Assembly (NCBI GenBank): GCA_038063515.1
Contig: JBBTUY010000006.1
Location: forward strand, 26,505 to 90,504
DNA from: Patescibacteria group bacterium
GTDB lineage: Bacteria; Patescibacteriota; Minisyncoccia; Phycocordibacterales; UBA9973
Direction: 5' to 3'
Length of the DNA: 64,000 nt
A program made the position numbers and the translations under genes. Below, one piece after another: positions 63,249 through 64,000 of this stretch; position 1 is the stretch's first letter, and the number at the start of each line of letters is the position of its first letter. The notes below the pieces were generated by a model that made no database searches, was not told the origin of the DNA, and was given only the letters and a program-made list of their open reading frames with translations.

Positions 63249-64000
63249 AAAAACTTTTTATAAAACATTTTGGTTTTTTGCCTGATATAATATCAACAAC
63301 TGAACATTCTTATGTTTCTCCACCTTCTCGCTTAGTAAGTAGCTTAATTCAAATTTCAAATTTTACTAATAAAAAAGTACTTAGAATAATAATGACAGAT
63401 AGCTATGCTTCTCCACTGGATACAAGTATGAAAAGTATATGTTTGCCACATATTTTAAATAAAAATATATTCGTAATTGACTTAACGAAATCTAAAGAGG
63501 AAATCATTTCTAAATTAGAAGAAGATTGTCAATTCTTCGAAATGATTCTAGATAAGAAAAATATTTTTTCCAAAGAAGAAAGGTTAAATTATAATACTAT
63601 TATAAATATATACAGATATTCAATAAATAGTTTATCGGACATCGATTCTGTGAGTTTGTATAATAAGATAGTCCAAAAATACATAGAAATTTTCCAATTG
63701 GTTGATTTAAATAAATGGTTAAGTAACAGTGCTTCATTAGGTATAGATTGTTTAAAAATGAGAGTATTTTTAGAGCAGGCCTTCAAAATATTAATAAATA
63801 TTGACCCTGATGCTGTCGATTTGTTTGGAAAATATCTTGAAAATAATAAAAGACTGAAAGTTAGAGACATCAATAATTCTATTAAAATTGTTGATTGGGT
63901 TGTATATAAAAAAGAATTAACAAACAGTTCAAATTCCTACAATGTTATTTCAGAAATAATTTTATATATTTATAGTTATTGTGGAGGTTCTCATTTCGGT
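63236..64000 (+). CDS. Hypothetical protein, 5' portion (open to the window end, 255 codons or more)
   Basis: The reading frame is uninterrupted from ATG 63236 (MEEIKKLFIKHFGFLPDIISTTEHSY...) to position 64000 in a very AT-rich region. No motif is recognised. Confidence 0.4.
   Translation, partial: MEEIKKLFIKHFGFLPDIISTTEHSYVSPPSRLVSSLIQISNFTNKKVLRIIMTDSYASPLDTSMKSICLPHILNKNIFVIDLTKSKEEIISKLEEDCQFFEMILDKKNIFSKEERLNYNTIINIYRYSINSLSDIDSVSLYNKIVQKYIEIFQLVDLNKWLSNSASLGIDCLKMRVFLEQAFKILINIDPDAVDLFGKYLENNKRLKVRDINNSIKIVDWVVYKKELTNSSNSYNVISEIILYIYSYCGGSHFG

Noticed and set aside
63589-63873. ORF 63589..63873 (-).
   Set aside because: It overlaps, antisense, the long uninterrupted plus-strand frame starting at 63236. 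The AT-rich low-complexity translation is judged spurious.
1-64000. CRISPR arrays, rRNA genes, prophage or IS transposase genes.
   Set aside because: No regularly spaced identical direct repeats, no rRNA-like conserved blocks and no transposase or phage structural gene signatures were seen in any frame. The only recombinase is a single Xer-type gene.

Overview
This is a low-GC (about 35% by eye), AT-rich bacterial chromosomal segment read in the standard genetic code. Long housekeeping ORFs such as uvrB, polA and pnp are intact. The gene content and the reduced size of proteins such as polA (805 aa) and the pol III delta subunit (215 aa) are reminiscent of a Patescibacteria/CPR-type genome; this is an inference, not a database result.

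The backbone consists of:
- the uvrA (partial) and uvrB excision-repair genes, a NUDIX hydrolase, tRNA-Lys, holA, polA, a GspE/PilB-like ATPase, ruvB, ruvC, tyrS and a class-A penicillin-binding protein;
- the replication-origin neighbourhood (dnaN, dnaA, rpmH-rnpA-yidD-yidC-jag), with DnaA boxes on both sides of dnaA;
- rsmA, a membrane-fused spermidine-synthase-like protein, uvrD, a yafQ/dinJ toxin-antitoxin pair, an NYN-domain protein, rpsO, a Xer-type recombinase, xth, a TrmB regulator, a cysteine-rich repeat protein, cca, a four-tRNA cluster with a YraN-family gene, a ZIP transporter, an M23/LysM peptidase and pnp.

An 11-gene minus-strand operon (22659-35978) lies between jag and rsmA. 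It encodes a minimal, Gram-positive-style type IV secretion-like apparatus: a VirB4 ATPase split over two ORFs, a VirB3-like protein, a VirB6-like 799-aa polytopic membrane protein and a VirB1-like lytic transglycosylase, plus several large secreted proteins of unknown function. No relaxase, coupling protein or VirB11 is present in the window.

Two repeat families stand out as the most novel signals:
1. A GC-rich palindromic mini-element of about 80-110 bp sits in-frame, without stop codons, inside three housekeeping genes (uvrA, polA, rsmA). This is analogous to Rickettsia palindromic elements.
2. An intergenic structured element of about 90-125 bp occurs in six copies, with compensatory base changes in two internal hairpins. 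Every copy is closed by a site-specific inverted repeat.

Other oddities include:
- 57-bp direct repeats that bracket the toxin-antitoxin cassette and duplicate the 3' end of the NYN gene;
- a cluster of five strong hairpins between ruvB and ruvC;
- a near-palindromic 15-mer repeated inside cca and upstream of the YraN gene;
- a 15-bp repeat of the tRNA-Pro 3' end flanking a 112-bp GC-rich segment;
- a tRNA-Lys 5' fragment duplicate.
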